The position numbers and the translations under genes are program-made. Below, one piece after another: positions 1 through 54,605 of a stretch of DNA of 64,000 bases (position 1 is the first letter of the stretch; each line of letters opens with the position of its first letter). Location: positions 646,595 to 710,594 of the forward strand of contig CAVNZM010000016.1 of assembly GCA_963693365.1 (NCBI GenBank), in the 5' to 3' direction. This DNA comes from Amoebidium appalachense. Its lineage: Eukaryota > Protista > Ichthyosporea. The notes under the pieces were generated by a model. It saw only the letters and a list, made by a program, of their open reading frames with translations. It was not told the origin of the DNA and made no database searches.

Positions 1-723
1 GGGGGGGAGGGGGGAGGGGGGAGGGGGAGTGTGAAGAAGGGAAGGAAGGAGGGAAAAGGCTTAATTGAGGAGTGTGTCGCGTTTTTTCTCTATAAAAATA
101 ATTCGTTTTTCTTTAATTTCTTTGTAATAATAGGAACGGATCAGTGTGTAGGGATGATGCGTGTGTAAAGATTGAAGCGTGGAGTCAGTAGAGTGCTTGT
201 GTACTAATATTAGGGGGCTTTGTAGCCTTTGACTCGATGAAAGAGGGCAAGGGGCCCTGGGGGGAGGGGCCGGTGCCGGGTTGCGTAAAATGACTTCTCA
301 GCAAGTTTCATATACAATCGCTTTATTCGCTAAATGAACTGTTTTGGTGCAATCGGGCTGGATTTTAAAAGATTTTTGTCTTTGCTACGATTCGAAGTTA
401 TAACTGAGAAATGTTGTTGCCCAAAGCGGCCAAGCGTTGACGCAAAGCCGCCAACACAAGGGTCTGGATCCACGCCTCTTGTTTCAGTCTGTGTTTCAAA
501 ACCAAATTACTGTACGTGTTACTCTCTCTTTCTGCATATCTATCCCCCCCCCCCCCCCCCTCCCCTCCCCTTGAAACCCCTCCTTCCCCACCTACAGCCG
601 CCCTTAACCCTCTCCGAATCTGTTGGCATAGAAGCTTCATTTTACTTAACACACACAACTTACACTTCAACCAGATTGAGAAAGAATTGCGTATACAAAA
701 GGAACTTACAAGAGAGAAACAAC

Positions 724-1868
724 ATGGCTAGCACAACAACAGAAACAGATCCATTCACTACCGGTGAGACAGATGGATCCTTTGACATCAGCAGCGCCCC
801 TCTCGATTTCGACGGGGAAATTTCAACCATGGACAGCACCGACCCAGACTATAGTGCACAAACAGCAGGGGCAACGAGGGCGATTTCCCGTGCTGCCGTT
901 GGGCAAATGCAAATAGGGAAGAGCGGTGATTAGAAGCTACACCATCGGGCAATTGCCAAGACAAGTTCCGCAGGTGGCGCAGATGGCGCAACTTGGGAGG
1001 AAAAATCCCGGTGAGGAAGGTGGGGAAAATGGCGGACCAGGTGTCGACATGGTACGGATATATGAAGGAAGTGCGTGATGGGATAAACACGGCCAAGAGC
1101 GAACAGACATTGGTCGAGAGGGGGTTAAAGGCTGTCAAAAACACGGCTCCCTCCTTGGCAAAATCCGTATTTTTGGGAACGGCTTTGTTCTCTGTTTACG
1201 AATCCATTCTGCAGAAAGAGACGGATATTTTAAGTAGGAATGGGTTGTGGGAGGTGGAAAAGTCGAGCCACCTCTTGAAGATTTTCAGGTCAGAGAGGGA
1301 GGATGAGAGGTTTCTAGGCATTCACAAATCCTCTTTTTTCAGTGTGGGGGCTCATGGGACGGCGGGTTTGGTGGCCGGGGCATCGCATGGGATTTTATTT
1401 TACGTGTGGGACATGTGTACAAAAGCGCTCGGTCACTCCTATGAACTTGCTAAATACAAGGGGGTTTCAGCGAAATTACCGGGGTCTATTCCTCCAGCAC
1501 GGCCGGTGATGACGAACTCTCTCCCCGGGCTGTCTTTTTCGCATGCCCTGACGCATGGGGTGTTGTTTTCCAGCTATGAGGGTTTCAAGCAATGTTTCAT
1601 ATGGATGTTGGATGCGGACTACAAGCGAATGTCGGGGGTTGTCGCTGTTGCATCGGCGGGGGCTTTTGCAGGGGGGGTGCAAGAGGTAGTTTCGCACTAC
1701 ACAACCGCAATTGCGACGGAGGGTGTCGGGAAAGTTGGCTGGAGGGGGGTTTTTGAGGCAGGCAGGCCGTCGTTCCGCGCAATTTTCCCGACTCTGATAC
1801 CAACGGCGGTGGGGTTTTTGGCGTATGAATATACAAAAGAGGCACTGGTAAAGGGGGCAAAGGAGTAG
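724..1868 (+). CDS. Mitochondrial carrier (SLC25)-like membrane protein, degenerate; probably 2 exons (724-925, 961-1868)
   Basis: ORF 993-1868 has carrier-like hydrophobic helices: SVFLGTALFSVYE, AGLVAGASHG, HGVLFSSYEGFK, AGAFAGGVQE, and C-terminal IPTAVGFLAYEYTKEAL. The upstream ATG 724 frame (MASTTTETD...AQTAGATRAISRA) stops at 931-933. A 35-nt GT..AG intron at 926-960 joins the two frames (KS-D-KFRRW). Canonical Px[DE]xx[KR] signatures are not evident. Confidence 0.65.
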
Positions 1869-2065
1869 GCACCCCTTTGGTGGAGACCGTTTCTTGAACC
1901 AGCGGACGCCCCCCACAAGGCAGGGGGGGGGGGGGGGGAGAGGGGAGGGACTCTGTTTTTGCTCTTTCTCTCTGCTTCTTTCTCTCTCTCTCTCCCTCCT
2001 TCTCTATCTCTCCCCCCCCCCCTCCCCCCCTCTCAGAGTAGAGCCTTATGTTTTCAGCCGCGCCA

Positions 2066-2109
<44 letters not shown>

Positions 2110-2794
2110 ACACACACACACACATGCACGCGCACACACACAGACAGACATACAGACCCACACACACACCCGTTTTTTTTGGTCAACCATCTATGGATAT
2201 TCAACAACCAATATACCTTACAGAAAGATGTACATGTTTCACTTTCGTATGTTTTCTCTGATTTTTTGAACTTTGTAATGGGATTTCCGGAATCCACCGG
2301 GGGAATAAATGTAATACGTAACACTACCCAAGTAGGGTATAAGTTAAGTAATGCATGTAAATACTTTTGAGTTGAAAATTAGGTCTTATGTAGTTCGGTT
2401 ATAGTTATTATTATTTTAGAAATAGTTATTATTTTAGAAACCGGCCCTGTAATGATCCTTTCGTATAGAAGTACCTTTGTAAATGATTCATAACTATGGG
2501 GTATATCAGAACAACTAATTTTCTGTATGAATCATTTTGATTTCCAATTCTAATGTGTTGTATGTGCGTTTTACGAGTATCTTTGAAATCTAAAAATCCG
2601 TGAGAGGGGCCTTGCACTCACAGTAGCTTGTAGAATCCGATCAGAAGGACTGTTATGTTCGATTTGGATCGAATGTACAGTGAGTGTGCACGCACGTGTG
2701 TGTTTGTGCGTGCGTCCATGTGTATATGTACTGTGGGGGTGGGGTGTTGGGGGTGGAAGGGAATGGGCGAGGTCGGGCACGGGGACCCCTCCGT

Positions 2795-2844
<50 letters not shown>

Positions 2845-4348
2845 CGGGATTCACCTGGGGAAGTACGTTTATATGTGCCTAGAAGTGTATGAGCCTCGGA
2901 ATGCGTGCTTCGGCCACGTGTGTGATTGAATATGTATACACATGTGTGCGCGCATGCGGTGCATGTTTTATATATATATAATTATTATAGTTATTTCCTT
3001 CAAAGTTTGCGTTTGGGCGCCCAGTGTGTGTGTGTGTGTGGTGTGTGGGTGTGGTGTGTGTGTGTGGGGGAGGGGGGGGGGTACACTGTACGGGGTGCAT
3101 GCGGTTGGTTTACTAAGCTTGGATGCAAACAGATAGACGATGTCGACGTCGAAAAATATACTAGGGCAAATTATAAAACATCAGAGTAGAGGGTTACTCA
3201 TCAATAAGTTAAAAACGCGAGAGAGACAATTAATGAGAAAGAGCCCATATTCCTACTTTTTTTATTGTTTGATAAAAACTTTAATTATTAATCATGTGGG
3301 ATACATTGCCTACGCCGACGATGTGTGTTTTTGCTCTTGATTAATCGATTTCCGATGCGTTCATGCACCATTCCATGCTTGCATGTGTATGTGCGCGTTT
3401 GTACGTGTGTGCGTGTGCTTCAACGTATACGTACATGTATATTGGTCACTCGGGCCTCCGGCCGGCAGGTCAATTGTATGGTGCCGCAAAGTCTTCCACA
3501 GATACACTCGTGCATAGCACGGCTGGGATGTGTTTTATTATATTAATATGCCCCGGGCAGAGGCAGTATGGAACAGTATATACATGAGAATCTAGAAATA
3601 AAACTTATATAATGTTAAATTTAATATTAGACGCCAGTTTGTCGGATTTATTTCTTTCATATATAAATATTTATCATCTTGTGCCAACCTGGACCTGTGA
3701 TATGATATTTTTTTTTCGCGCATTACGTGCACTTACGTACACACAGTATTACGCCCACACACGCGTGCGCGCACGCACGGAGGAAAAAAACACAATAAAT
3801 AAACCTAGTTAACATACCTATGGATACACCACATATGCATGTCCCTTTCATTCATTCGGCTAAGTTTAAACCAAGCAACCAACAAAATAATTGACCAATA
3901 TATACCGAATCCGGATATGCAACACCCTTATAAACTTCGGTCAGAACCCCCCCCCCCCCCCCCCCCCCCGGGCCCCCCCTCCCCCCTTCAAAAAAAAAAA
4001 AAAAAAAAAAAAAGAGGAAATACGTACACACCAAAGTTACAGACTTAGTACATTCATAGATTGTGATTCCACACCACCAACACACCATCCTGCGAAATTT
4101 TGAGGTATCCCTTGTGAAATTGATGAACCCTCTTCCATCACCGCCGCCACCCGTGCTACATGAGCCAAACTGCTACATCCGTGGAATCAAATCGCGGATC
4201 ACAAATCACCACAAAAACGTTATTTTTAGCATACCACACCACTATACCCCCCACATATCTCGACGTAATGTGCATTGTTTTTGGTAGATGGAGGGGAAGT
4301 AGGAAGGATGGCTTGAGCAGGTGGGGTGGTAAGAGGGGGCAGAATTGG

Positions 4349-4387
<39 letters not shown>

Positions 4388-4710
4388 GGGGGTTCTTTCA
4401 TGGAATTTTCAAACATGGCGTCCCACACTGTTGACACTGGATTTGGACTTGACACCCTTAATGGAGGAGGCTGTGGGTGTGGGGGGGGGTTTAATCAGTG
4501 ATTGGTGGGGAATAGTGAACACCCTTTGGTGGTTGGTGGGATATCATGGTTGCATAGTAATTGGTGGAAAATAGTGAATGCAGGTCGGTGAAAATCATCA
4601 ATGCAGGTTAGTGTGATTATACGGATGTAATAAGGCCCAATAAAAATTAGTGATTTAAGGCAGAGTAAGTGGATTCTGGGTGCGCACGCTCACGCACGCA
4701 CGCACGCACG

Positions 4711-4830
<120 letters not shown>

Positions 4831-4840
4831 CACGCATATC

Positions 4841-4872
<32 letters not shown>

Positions 4873-4925
4873 AACAACAAAAAAAAAAAAAAAACACTCA
4901 CACCTACACAACAGTCAATCGGATA

Positions 4926-30771
<25,846 letters not shown>

Positions 30772-31159
30772 CTGTTAGCTCCCTCGCTGGCTGCTCATTT
30801 CTTCACTCTGTGCGCTGGACCAAGAAGAAAACAAAGCAAATATGGGTTGTAGGGTGTGCTGCTGGATTGACAATGGATGTGCTCGCAGTGGTATATATAG
30901 GGTGGAGATTAAAGATAATGGTTGAAGGCACACGTTTTTGGCGTATGGTGCTCAAACATAAACGAACTAAAGGAATCACGCAACCAAAAAACTCATGCAC
31001 TGTGTACTTCTGCATGCTAACAGTAAAACGTTGAAACTTTTTGAGTTCTGGTCAAAAGGCTTCCCAGTTTCAGGGCCCTACATAACTTCAGGGTTACACA
31101 GGGTACGCAATTTTAAATATCTCTACTGCAAAAGGCGGTAGGTGGTATTTGGCTTCATG

Positions 31160-31250
31160 ATGCACATCCAATCAGATCACTTAATGCATGTACGTAAATA
31201 AGGTATCCAATAGGAGTAAGAATAAGAAAGCGCAACACCAATCAATAGCA
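31160..31250. promoter_or_regulatory. Putative bidirectional promoter with CCAAT boxes (between the divergent RUN-TBC and DHHC genes)
   Basis: CCAATCAG ~31168, CCAATAGG ~31207 and CCAATCA ~31238, in a repeat-free interval between head-to-head genes. Confidence 0.45.
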
Positions 31251-32198
31251 TGACCTGCGAGCCATGTTGGGCGTTGCTAGTTTACTTGCGCAACCTCTGC
31301 CTCTGCAGCTGACTTGGAGCAACTATTTTTTGAGTACTTAAGGTCACTTGTACACAGCCTTTATCCAAAGAAAATGTGAGCCTAAATTATTAGCTCTGAA
31401 AGCTTTCCCATTCATCTTCTACTGTCTACAGCGCCAACCACATGAGTATGCAATGCACCCGCTCTTACAGGACTCTCCTACTCAGGAATGCAATTCGGAC
31501 AGTGATAACAATATTTATTGGCTAAGACATTGTTGCATTACGATTGGATTACCTTTATTGCAGGAATGCGATATCCTCATGACTCAGGACTCGTGTGTTC
31601 TTTTGTAGTTACACTGTTTCTCTGTTGCACTGTGTTGGATACCTCCTACTCTCTTTTGGAGTCTCACCACTATCCCTTGAGGTGCATACACCGGCTCGCA
31701 TGCAACAGCTTACACGGTAATACACCAACAGTAGAAAGTTGAAATCTAGACATCGATGGGTCACGTTTGACAACCATGCTTATGGCAAACAATGCTAATC
31801 ACATGTCCCTCCTAAAGCGAATTCGAAACCACCCTTTCCTCTCTCTGAAATCTTGGCTTGCAGATCAGGGCAGTTTCTTTCAAAATTCGACCAAAACAAT
31901 ACATACACCTTTGTCTTCCATTTATATCCTGTGAAGCTTTTCCGGAACCCATTCTGTGGCTCCAAGCCCCTAATCCCTTTTCTTCTTTGATATCATCTCC
32001 CCCTCCCCCTCCCCCTTCCCTGTACACCCCACCCCCACCCCACGGCCTTTCGCCCTTACACGCCTCCTCCCCTCCCTTCCCCTTACACCAATCCCTCCGC
32101 CCCTCCTCGTCCCCCTCCCCCATCGCCCCCTCCATCTTCCCCCCTTCCCCCTCGCGACATTTCTTGTCGCTATCATCCTTTTCTTCTCTTTCGTCAAT

Positions 32199-42279
<10,081 letters not shown>

Positions 42280-42363
42280 ATTTGAGGTGGGCGGGTTATA
42301 AAATAGAAAAACTGATGATCAAATACATATGGCAGTATAGCTTGCACTCGAAATCAGATCTCG

Positions 42364-42449
42364 TCAATTATGTGTCACTGAATTCATGAAATTGTGGGTT
42401 GGGTTATCAATTATGTGTCACTGAATTCATGAAATTGTAGGTTGGGTTA
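42364..42449. repeat. 43-bp tandem duplication in the putative DHHC 3'UTR
   Basis: TCAATTATGTGTCACTGAATTCATGAAATTGTRGGTTGGGTTA x2. Confidence 0.9.
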
Positions 42450-42532
42450 TACATTGGTGTTAACCCTTCTTCTGCTTTCTGCTCCAGTATTAACACTTTG
42501 TTTAGCTTGGTTCAAACTGTTGCGCGAACTCT

Positions 42533-42824
42533 CCGAAAAAAAAGAGAAAGAAAAGAAGAGATTGTGTACTTAGATCCATGAAAAAACGACTTGGAGAATA
42601 TAAAGCGAGTGCTACGTAACCTTTTTTTTTTTTTTTTTTTTTTGGCCGACCCACTCGTTTTTACAGAGCAGGTTTTCAAATTGCTCCTGCTAGTGCTTTA
42701 TAGCTGGTCGGCCAAAAAAAAAAAAAAAAAAAAAGGTTACGTAGCACTCGCTTTATATTCTCCAAGTCGTTTTTTCATGGATCTAAGTACACAATCTCTT
42801 CTTTTCTTTCTCTTTTTTTTTCGG
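42533..42824. repeat. Long near-perfect inverted repeat (~119-bp arms, ~55-nt loop)
   Basis: Left arm CCGAAAAAAAAGAGAAAG...GTGCTACGTAACC(T)nGGCCGACC is the reverse complement of right arm GGTCGGCC(A)nGGTTACGTAGCAC...CTTTCTCTTTTTTTTTCGG. Confidence 0.95.
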
Positions 42825-42891
42825 GTATTGTTTTGTATGTGCAGGCACCTGGGGGAAACGTCTGGGGGTTCGTTGTGTCCGGTAGGAGGGT

Positions 42892-42929
<38 letters not shown>

Positions 42930-43616
42930 GGGTGAGGGAGGGAGGATGAAGGGATGAAGGTGAGGGGATGGTTGCGGGGAGGAGGGAGGGGAGGGGAGGG
43001 GGGGGGGGGGGGGGGGGAGAGAGAGAGAGAGAGGTCGGTCCGGTCATGATCACCGAAAGTTTATTGAGTTTCGCAGTTGTGTTAGTAATGATTGAATTTG
43101 AAAGTGTTAACTTCTAAGAGTCGAATGTATGAAGGCTAGCTGCGGCCCAGGAGACCTATAAGGATTAGTAACTTGATGGGACCGTTAACTTATAAAAGTC
43201 GTCTGACGTGTTCGCCTGCCACTGAAAAGTATGGCAGGTCAATGCAGACGTAACGTTACGCAAGCTGTAAACTTGAATAAAGTGAACAAGCAGCTTTAAT
43301 TACCGCGAAGAGAGGATTGAATTCATGGACCTCCCCCCTTGCCCCCTCTCCTAACCTTTCCCCCCGGCGGCTCCCACCCACTACGGGAAAAAAATAAGAA
43401 GACGAAAAAAAGAAAAAAAGGATTTTTTAAAAAAAATGATTACACATAGTAGATGGCGGCAAAACACAATGTGGTGCCTCGATAGTGAAATCGGTGACCC
43501 TGCCAGTCCAGTCGACCCTCTCCCCGGGTACGGGCGTGGACTGCACACCATTGGCAAGCACACATCTAACAACGGCCAGTAATTGTCGTCACAACGTGAT
43601 GCCATATTTGCACACA

Positions 43617-43702
<86 letters not shown>

Positions 43703-43951
43703 TGTCATACACACACACATAGTCACACACACACACACACAATGGCATACACACACACATACACACACACACGCACCGTCACACACATACACACACATAC
43801 ACGCACACACACACGCGCGCGCGCACGCGCACACACACACGCACGCACGCACAGTGCACATGACACACGCGCGCAGCACTGCTGGCTTGTTTTTCACGGT
43901 GTGCGTGTGTGTGTGTACGATAACCTCAGTGCGTGACACTGTGTATACAAA

Positions 43952-44031
<80 letters not shown>

Positions 44032-45134
44032 AGTGTGTGTGTTTGTGTTTGCGCGTGTCAGGTGTCTGCAGGCGCAGCTGTTTGTGTGTTAATAAACGCT
44101 GCGTACACATGGTTGACTCACTGGGCGCCCGGGCACACGTACGTGTGCGTGCATACGTTTAAGCACGGTAGGTACTGGGGAGGGGGGAGGAGCGAGGGAA
44201 GGGGCCGGGGGGGGAAGGGGGGAGGTTGGAGGGGAGGGGCGGGGGGGGGGGGGGGGGGGGGGGGGGGATAGAATTCCATCGATCCGCTTTTGTGCCCCGG
44301 GCCCGAGCGAGATGATGATGCTGGATCATAATTGCATGCATGTGGGCAATGGTCTAAACGCATATTATCTATGACTAGAACATGCATATGATGCACATGG
44401 CAACGTTGTACTAGTTATTGTGAATAAGATTCTTTTTTATTTAGTATATATTGGCACCGTTTTACGGTTGACGATGAAGGTACGGTATCATACCGTATGT
44501 ATTTCGAATTCCCCAAAGTCCCTATGTAACGTTCTCCGGAATCAATAAACAGCACATTTCCCCCCCTCCGGAATTCGGGTGCAGTAAAAAAGACAAAACA
44601 CCGATAAAATTCTCGTGACACACGTAACCTGACCGTGATTGACACTATACAGAACGCAAAACCGTTCACACCGTATATATGCACATGCATAATATGCCAT
44701 TGAATTACTGCGAATATATATGAATGGAGATTCGCATTAGTGTTCTCATGATCATGTCACGTATATACAACAGCCTTCACCGTGACTCGGAGTGTGCGTG
44801 CTGGGCAGGGCTGAGCACATGGCGGCCGCCCGGGGGCCCGTGCACATGTTCCATTCCTTGTTCTGCCCGGCATGTCCGTACGTAAGCACACCTATGATGC
44901 ACGTACCTCCAAAGTCGCGCAGCTGTTCCTGAACTTCACATGTTGCAGTATGTGTGGCATGCATTGTTTCAGCCTTAAGAGAAAAAAGCCGGAATATTTC
45001 GAATTCACTTGCAAAGATTTGGTTCCAAAAACGGAGCAACAAAGCGTTGCCTGCGTGCGTGAGTCACTGAGCTCATGAGGGCCGCCTCGGGTTGAGCTCT
45101 CATGCATTCCTTCGGCTTTATTGCGAGACAATTT

Positions 45135-45320
45135 TAGCCAATCAAAGTACCAGACATTCCAGTAAGTGACAGTCAGTTATGATTGGAGCAATAAACCTTT
45201 TTTGTGCATTGTTAACCAATCACTCTTTTTATAATTCAAATACTTTGTTTGTGAGTCGCCAAAACTCATGTACTGATATGTTATTTACCATCAGCTATTT
45301 TGGTTTGATTGGTTGGGAGT
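45135..45320. promoter_or_regulatory. Putative promoter with clustered CCAAT/ATTGG boxes upstream of the Ras-like gene
   Basis: AGCCAATCA ~45137, TGATTGG ~45180, AACCAATCA ~45214 and TGATTGGTT ~45306, in repeat-free DNA. Confidence 0.45.
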
Positions 45321-45830
45321 TTTATTGCAGCCGCCCGCGTTCAAACAGTAACACAACACGTTCACCGTCCTACGTTTTCAGCGTAACAGCGTTTGAGAAC
45401 TTCTTCATTACATCGCACTTTCATTATCCTGCTTTTGGTATTTTAGATAAAAAGTTACTTTGTAAAGAAGATAAGCTTTCTCAAAAGCAACAACTAGGGA
45501 TCCACACCGTGTAAATCAGGGAAAGCCCGCGAGAATTGCTACTATTTTAGTAGAGCAAGAAATATAGAAAACACAGACTCTTGAAAAGAGCGTAGAAAGA
45601 CAGATTCACTCACAAACGAATACGCAATCAAACAAACATCACCATAACACACCCATTAGATAGGTTGAATTTCCACTGGTATACCGTGGTTGTTGTTTAT
45701 TTTCTCTGATGACATTCTATTTGTTTCCCCGCTACATCTCTGCACGCTGCTGACGAAGGGAACATTCACCTCTCATGAAGCGTCATAACGTCACACCTTC
45801 CAATAGGCTCTATTCCACAAAATCGACAAA

Positions 45831-50816
<4,986 letters not shown>

Positions 50817-51849
50817 GTGTGTAGAGGGTCTAACCCCCCCCCCTTTCTACCTGTAATCTCTCTCTCATCTCACTTTCTCTCTCACTCACTCTCTCCTTCA
50901 GATATCTCTTTTTCCTACCCCGCATACCCCCCTCCCCTCCCCTCCCCCTCCGTTCCTTCCTCCTCCTTCTCTTCCTGTCTGTCTCCTATCCCTCTTGTCC
51001 TGCACTGACATACACACGCACAGGCAACAAACACAAAGGCCATTATAGATTATATCAACTAACTAAAGGAAGTAATTTTGATTTGTAGATTCACGGCATT
51101 TCTTTCGCACCAACTATGGTGAAAGGTTCTTTGTTTCCGAATGTTTTGGTGTGCTGTATTAGTATGATCGCGCTTTTCATATGAGAGGTATCATCACATG
51201 TTTCGCACGTTTCTTTGGGTTTGTTTGTTTTTGTGTTCTTTATTTATTTATTTATTTTTTGGGGGGGGGAGGGGGGGAATTTATGTTGTAACTAATTGGA
51301 ATTCCGTGTATCGAAAACAAGATGTGATTATGATTAAGAGCCATTCAAAAATAATGCCTATTCATGAATAGGCTAGGTGATAAGTGACTTGGGTATGTAG
51401 CAAAACATTAGAGGTGATTTGTAGCAGATATGGTGGGTGGTAGCAATTATTGTGAATATTGGTGTTTGTATGTAAAATGTGTGATGAATGTCACCCTAAA
51501 AAATTGTACGTAGTAGAAACAGAATGGAAAACCTGAATCGCTTGTTTGAACGCTTGTTTGAACGATTTTTCTGATGCAAAAGCAGCTCAGCTATGATCAG
51601 TAGTTAAATAGTAATTATATATATGTTTGTGTAAATATGAATGTATGCATATGACATGATAGTCTACGAATATGGATGTTGCACTCAAACACCCCATCAG
51701 TAAAACGGGATTTTAAAACCAGCAAACGAACAGGTTCATGCACATTTTCTCATCAAGGAGTTGTCTCGAACGTCCTCTTTTCCTCTGCTTTTTGTTCCCT
51801 CTGCGGAGTCATCTGAATATCCTTGTATCTCTCCTCTCTCTATCATTTT

Positions 51850-52150
51850 CTATCTCTCGTCTCTCTCTCTCTCTCTCCATCCCTCCCTCCCTCCCTCCCT
51901 CCCTCCCTCCCTCACTCCCTCCCCCCTCCCTCTCAGCTCTCTCTCTTGAGTCGCTTGCTCACCTCCCGCGCTGTCTCGCCCTCCCCTCCCCCTCCCCCCC
52001 TCCCCCCCCCCCCCTCCCCCCTCCCCCTCTCCCCCCTTTGCCCCCCCAAGCCCTTTCTGGCTCACCCCCGCCCCGTCGTTCTCTTCTCCCCCTTCCTCTC
52101 CCCTCCCCCCAATCTCTCCCTCCCTCCCTCTCCCTCCCTCCATCCTCCCC

Positions 52151-52197
<47 letters not shown>

Positions 52198-52304
52198 CCC
52201 CCTCCCTCCCTCCCTCCCTCCCTCCCTCCCTCCCTCCCTCCCTCCCTCCCTCCCTCCCTCCCTCCCTCTCTCCCTCTCTCCCTCTCTCCCTCTCTCCCTC
52301 TCTT

Positions 52305-52367
<63 letters not shown>

Positions 52368-52435
52368 CCCCTCCCCCCTCTCTCCCTCTCTCCCTCTCCC
52401 TCCCTCCCTCCCTTCCTCCCTCCCTCCCTCCCTCC

Positions 52436-52481
<46 letters not shown>

Positions 52482-52512
52482 CCCCCCCCCCCCCCCCCCC
52501 CCCCTCTCTCTC
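51850..52512. repeat. Long polypyrimidine/polypurine tract ((CT)n, (CCCT)n, poly-C)
   Basis: About 650 bp, almost purely C/T on the plus strand; intergenic between the Ras and Ubl-ART genes. Confidence 0.9.
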
Positions 52513-53430
52513 ATTTTTGTTTTCACGGTGGTGTTGTGCCAAACAAAAGCACTCGTACTGGACAGATCTCATGTCACGTGTCCTGCATATTTATGTCACG
52601 TGACTGTACAGTCGGGCACCCAACTTAGCTCACCAAGTCAGGCCGTCAGCTCAATTTGAAAAAACAAAAAGCTCCAAAAACAATTCATATTTTTGGGTCT
52701 TAGAATGGGAGGGCCATGCCATATTTTGCCTTCTTCTTACTGTAAAGGTTTATTATCCACCAGCCATAATAAGCATCACAAGAAGTATACATAAGTACCG
52801 TGTGCACACTACAGCACAATTAGCTATTGACAGCAAATGCTAAAGCCAGCGCGACATTTTTACCTTTTTTTTTTTTTTGAGCCTTTTTCATCTTTCTTGA
52901 CAGACATGTGCATCAGCTGCCGAAGCCAAAGCATGTAGCCTGAATATCATGGCATGGCTTTTTCTTCCCTTCGAACTGATATTGTAAAGAGTTGTACAAA
53001 CCCATCAGTCCGCGAACACGTAGAAACGTGGGCTTTCCCAAGAGATTATTGGGAAAAAAGAAGGTGCTATGTAGCACATCAGCAATCCCAGCGGCATAAA
53101 AGGGATGGTTCGAGGTAATGGAAGTGCCTTCCATTTCTAGCAACATTCGTGTAAATTAAAAAATTATGGCATGCACATCACCTAAATCATTGATCAATGA
53201 TTGTCATTTCAAGTGGTTATTGTTAACGTTTCCAACTTTACAACCCGATAGTACTAGTGTTCACATGTATACACCTTTATGATACCGTCATATGCATCAG
53301 TACCTTTCGTGCTACATACACCGAGTCAAAGAACTTTGCTACGAAAACGTAGCGTTCAACATTCAAACAAACATTGCCAATACAAGCACACACACTAGTA
53401 TTATACGTTTTTACCTCTCCACAACCAAAC

Positions 53431-54462
53431 ATGGCCACCGGGACAGAGAATTGGGCAGAGATTCTTGCCAGCGGCCTGCAAGCAACTCTGGGTGGTTCGT
53501 GCAAATTTTTGCCAACAAAAGAAGCCCTCCCAGACGTGATAAACTCCCGCGACATTTCCTCACACTCACCCAAAGTGCTTGTTCAAAGTGTTCGAAACTT
53601 TGACCTTCTCAAGCAACACAATAAGTTTGTTGTGCCGTTCAACATGGAAGAGACGGAGAGGAGGGAGCGTGCGGAGAAAAAACTCACTTCGGGATCTGTG
53701 TTCGTTAAGAGCCTGCACGGCCAAACAATGATGTTCTACGTCGACCCCGCCTACCTTTTGTTGGAAGACCTCAAGAGCATGGTTTTTGACAAGGACGGGA
53801 TTCCACCAGAGCAACAGAGAATTATCTATGACGGGAAACAACTTGAAGATGGGCGCACACTTGGTGAGTACGAGATTGTCCCTGGCTCTACGTTATATTT
53901 GGCTTTGCGCCTGCTCGGAGGTGGGTGTTCGCATATTACGTTCCAGCTCGACCCATCATCCCTTGCACCCGAATTCGACTATGACTTCACGCACATTGAC
54001 GACTACGGAAAGAGTTTTGTGCGTGGGGGCCACACCTACAAGCGGCCATGCGGGTGGAAGAGACTGGCGCTGAACGTTTCTGGAAAGTTCGACGGTGGGG
54101 ATGACACGTGGTTGGGGAAAAAGAATTCTGTGGGAGAGTGGCCTGTGTCGTACCATGGGACAGGTGGGTGCTTCCACAATTATAATTTATATTTTTAATA
54201 GTAAACGAATATATGTCTAGGTTATAATTAAGGGCCAAATAGTTCGTCTTAACGCTCATGCATTGGTAGAGCTCGAGGGGTCTCTACAACTCGGTGTTTG
54301 GAAGTTGGGATTAGACAGATATTGGGTGGGCCGAACAGTGGCAATGATTTTAGATTCGATGACTTACAGCGACCAATAGAGAGTTTGGAATTGAATAGCT
54401 AGTCTAGCGGGGGGAAAGGAAAAATAATAGGGCGGGTGTAGTGGTCGGGTGGGTGAGTCGGT

Positions 54463-54517
<55 letters not shown>

Positions 54518-54559
54518 GTGTGTGCGTGTGCGTGTGCGTGTGCGTGTGCGTGTGTGTGC

Positions 54560-54605
<46 letters not shown>

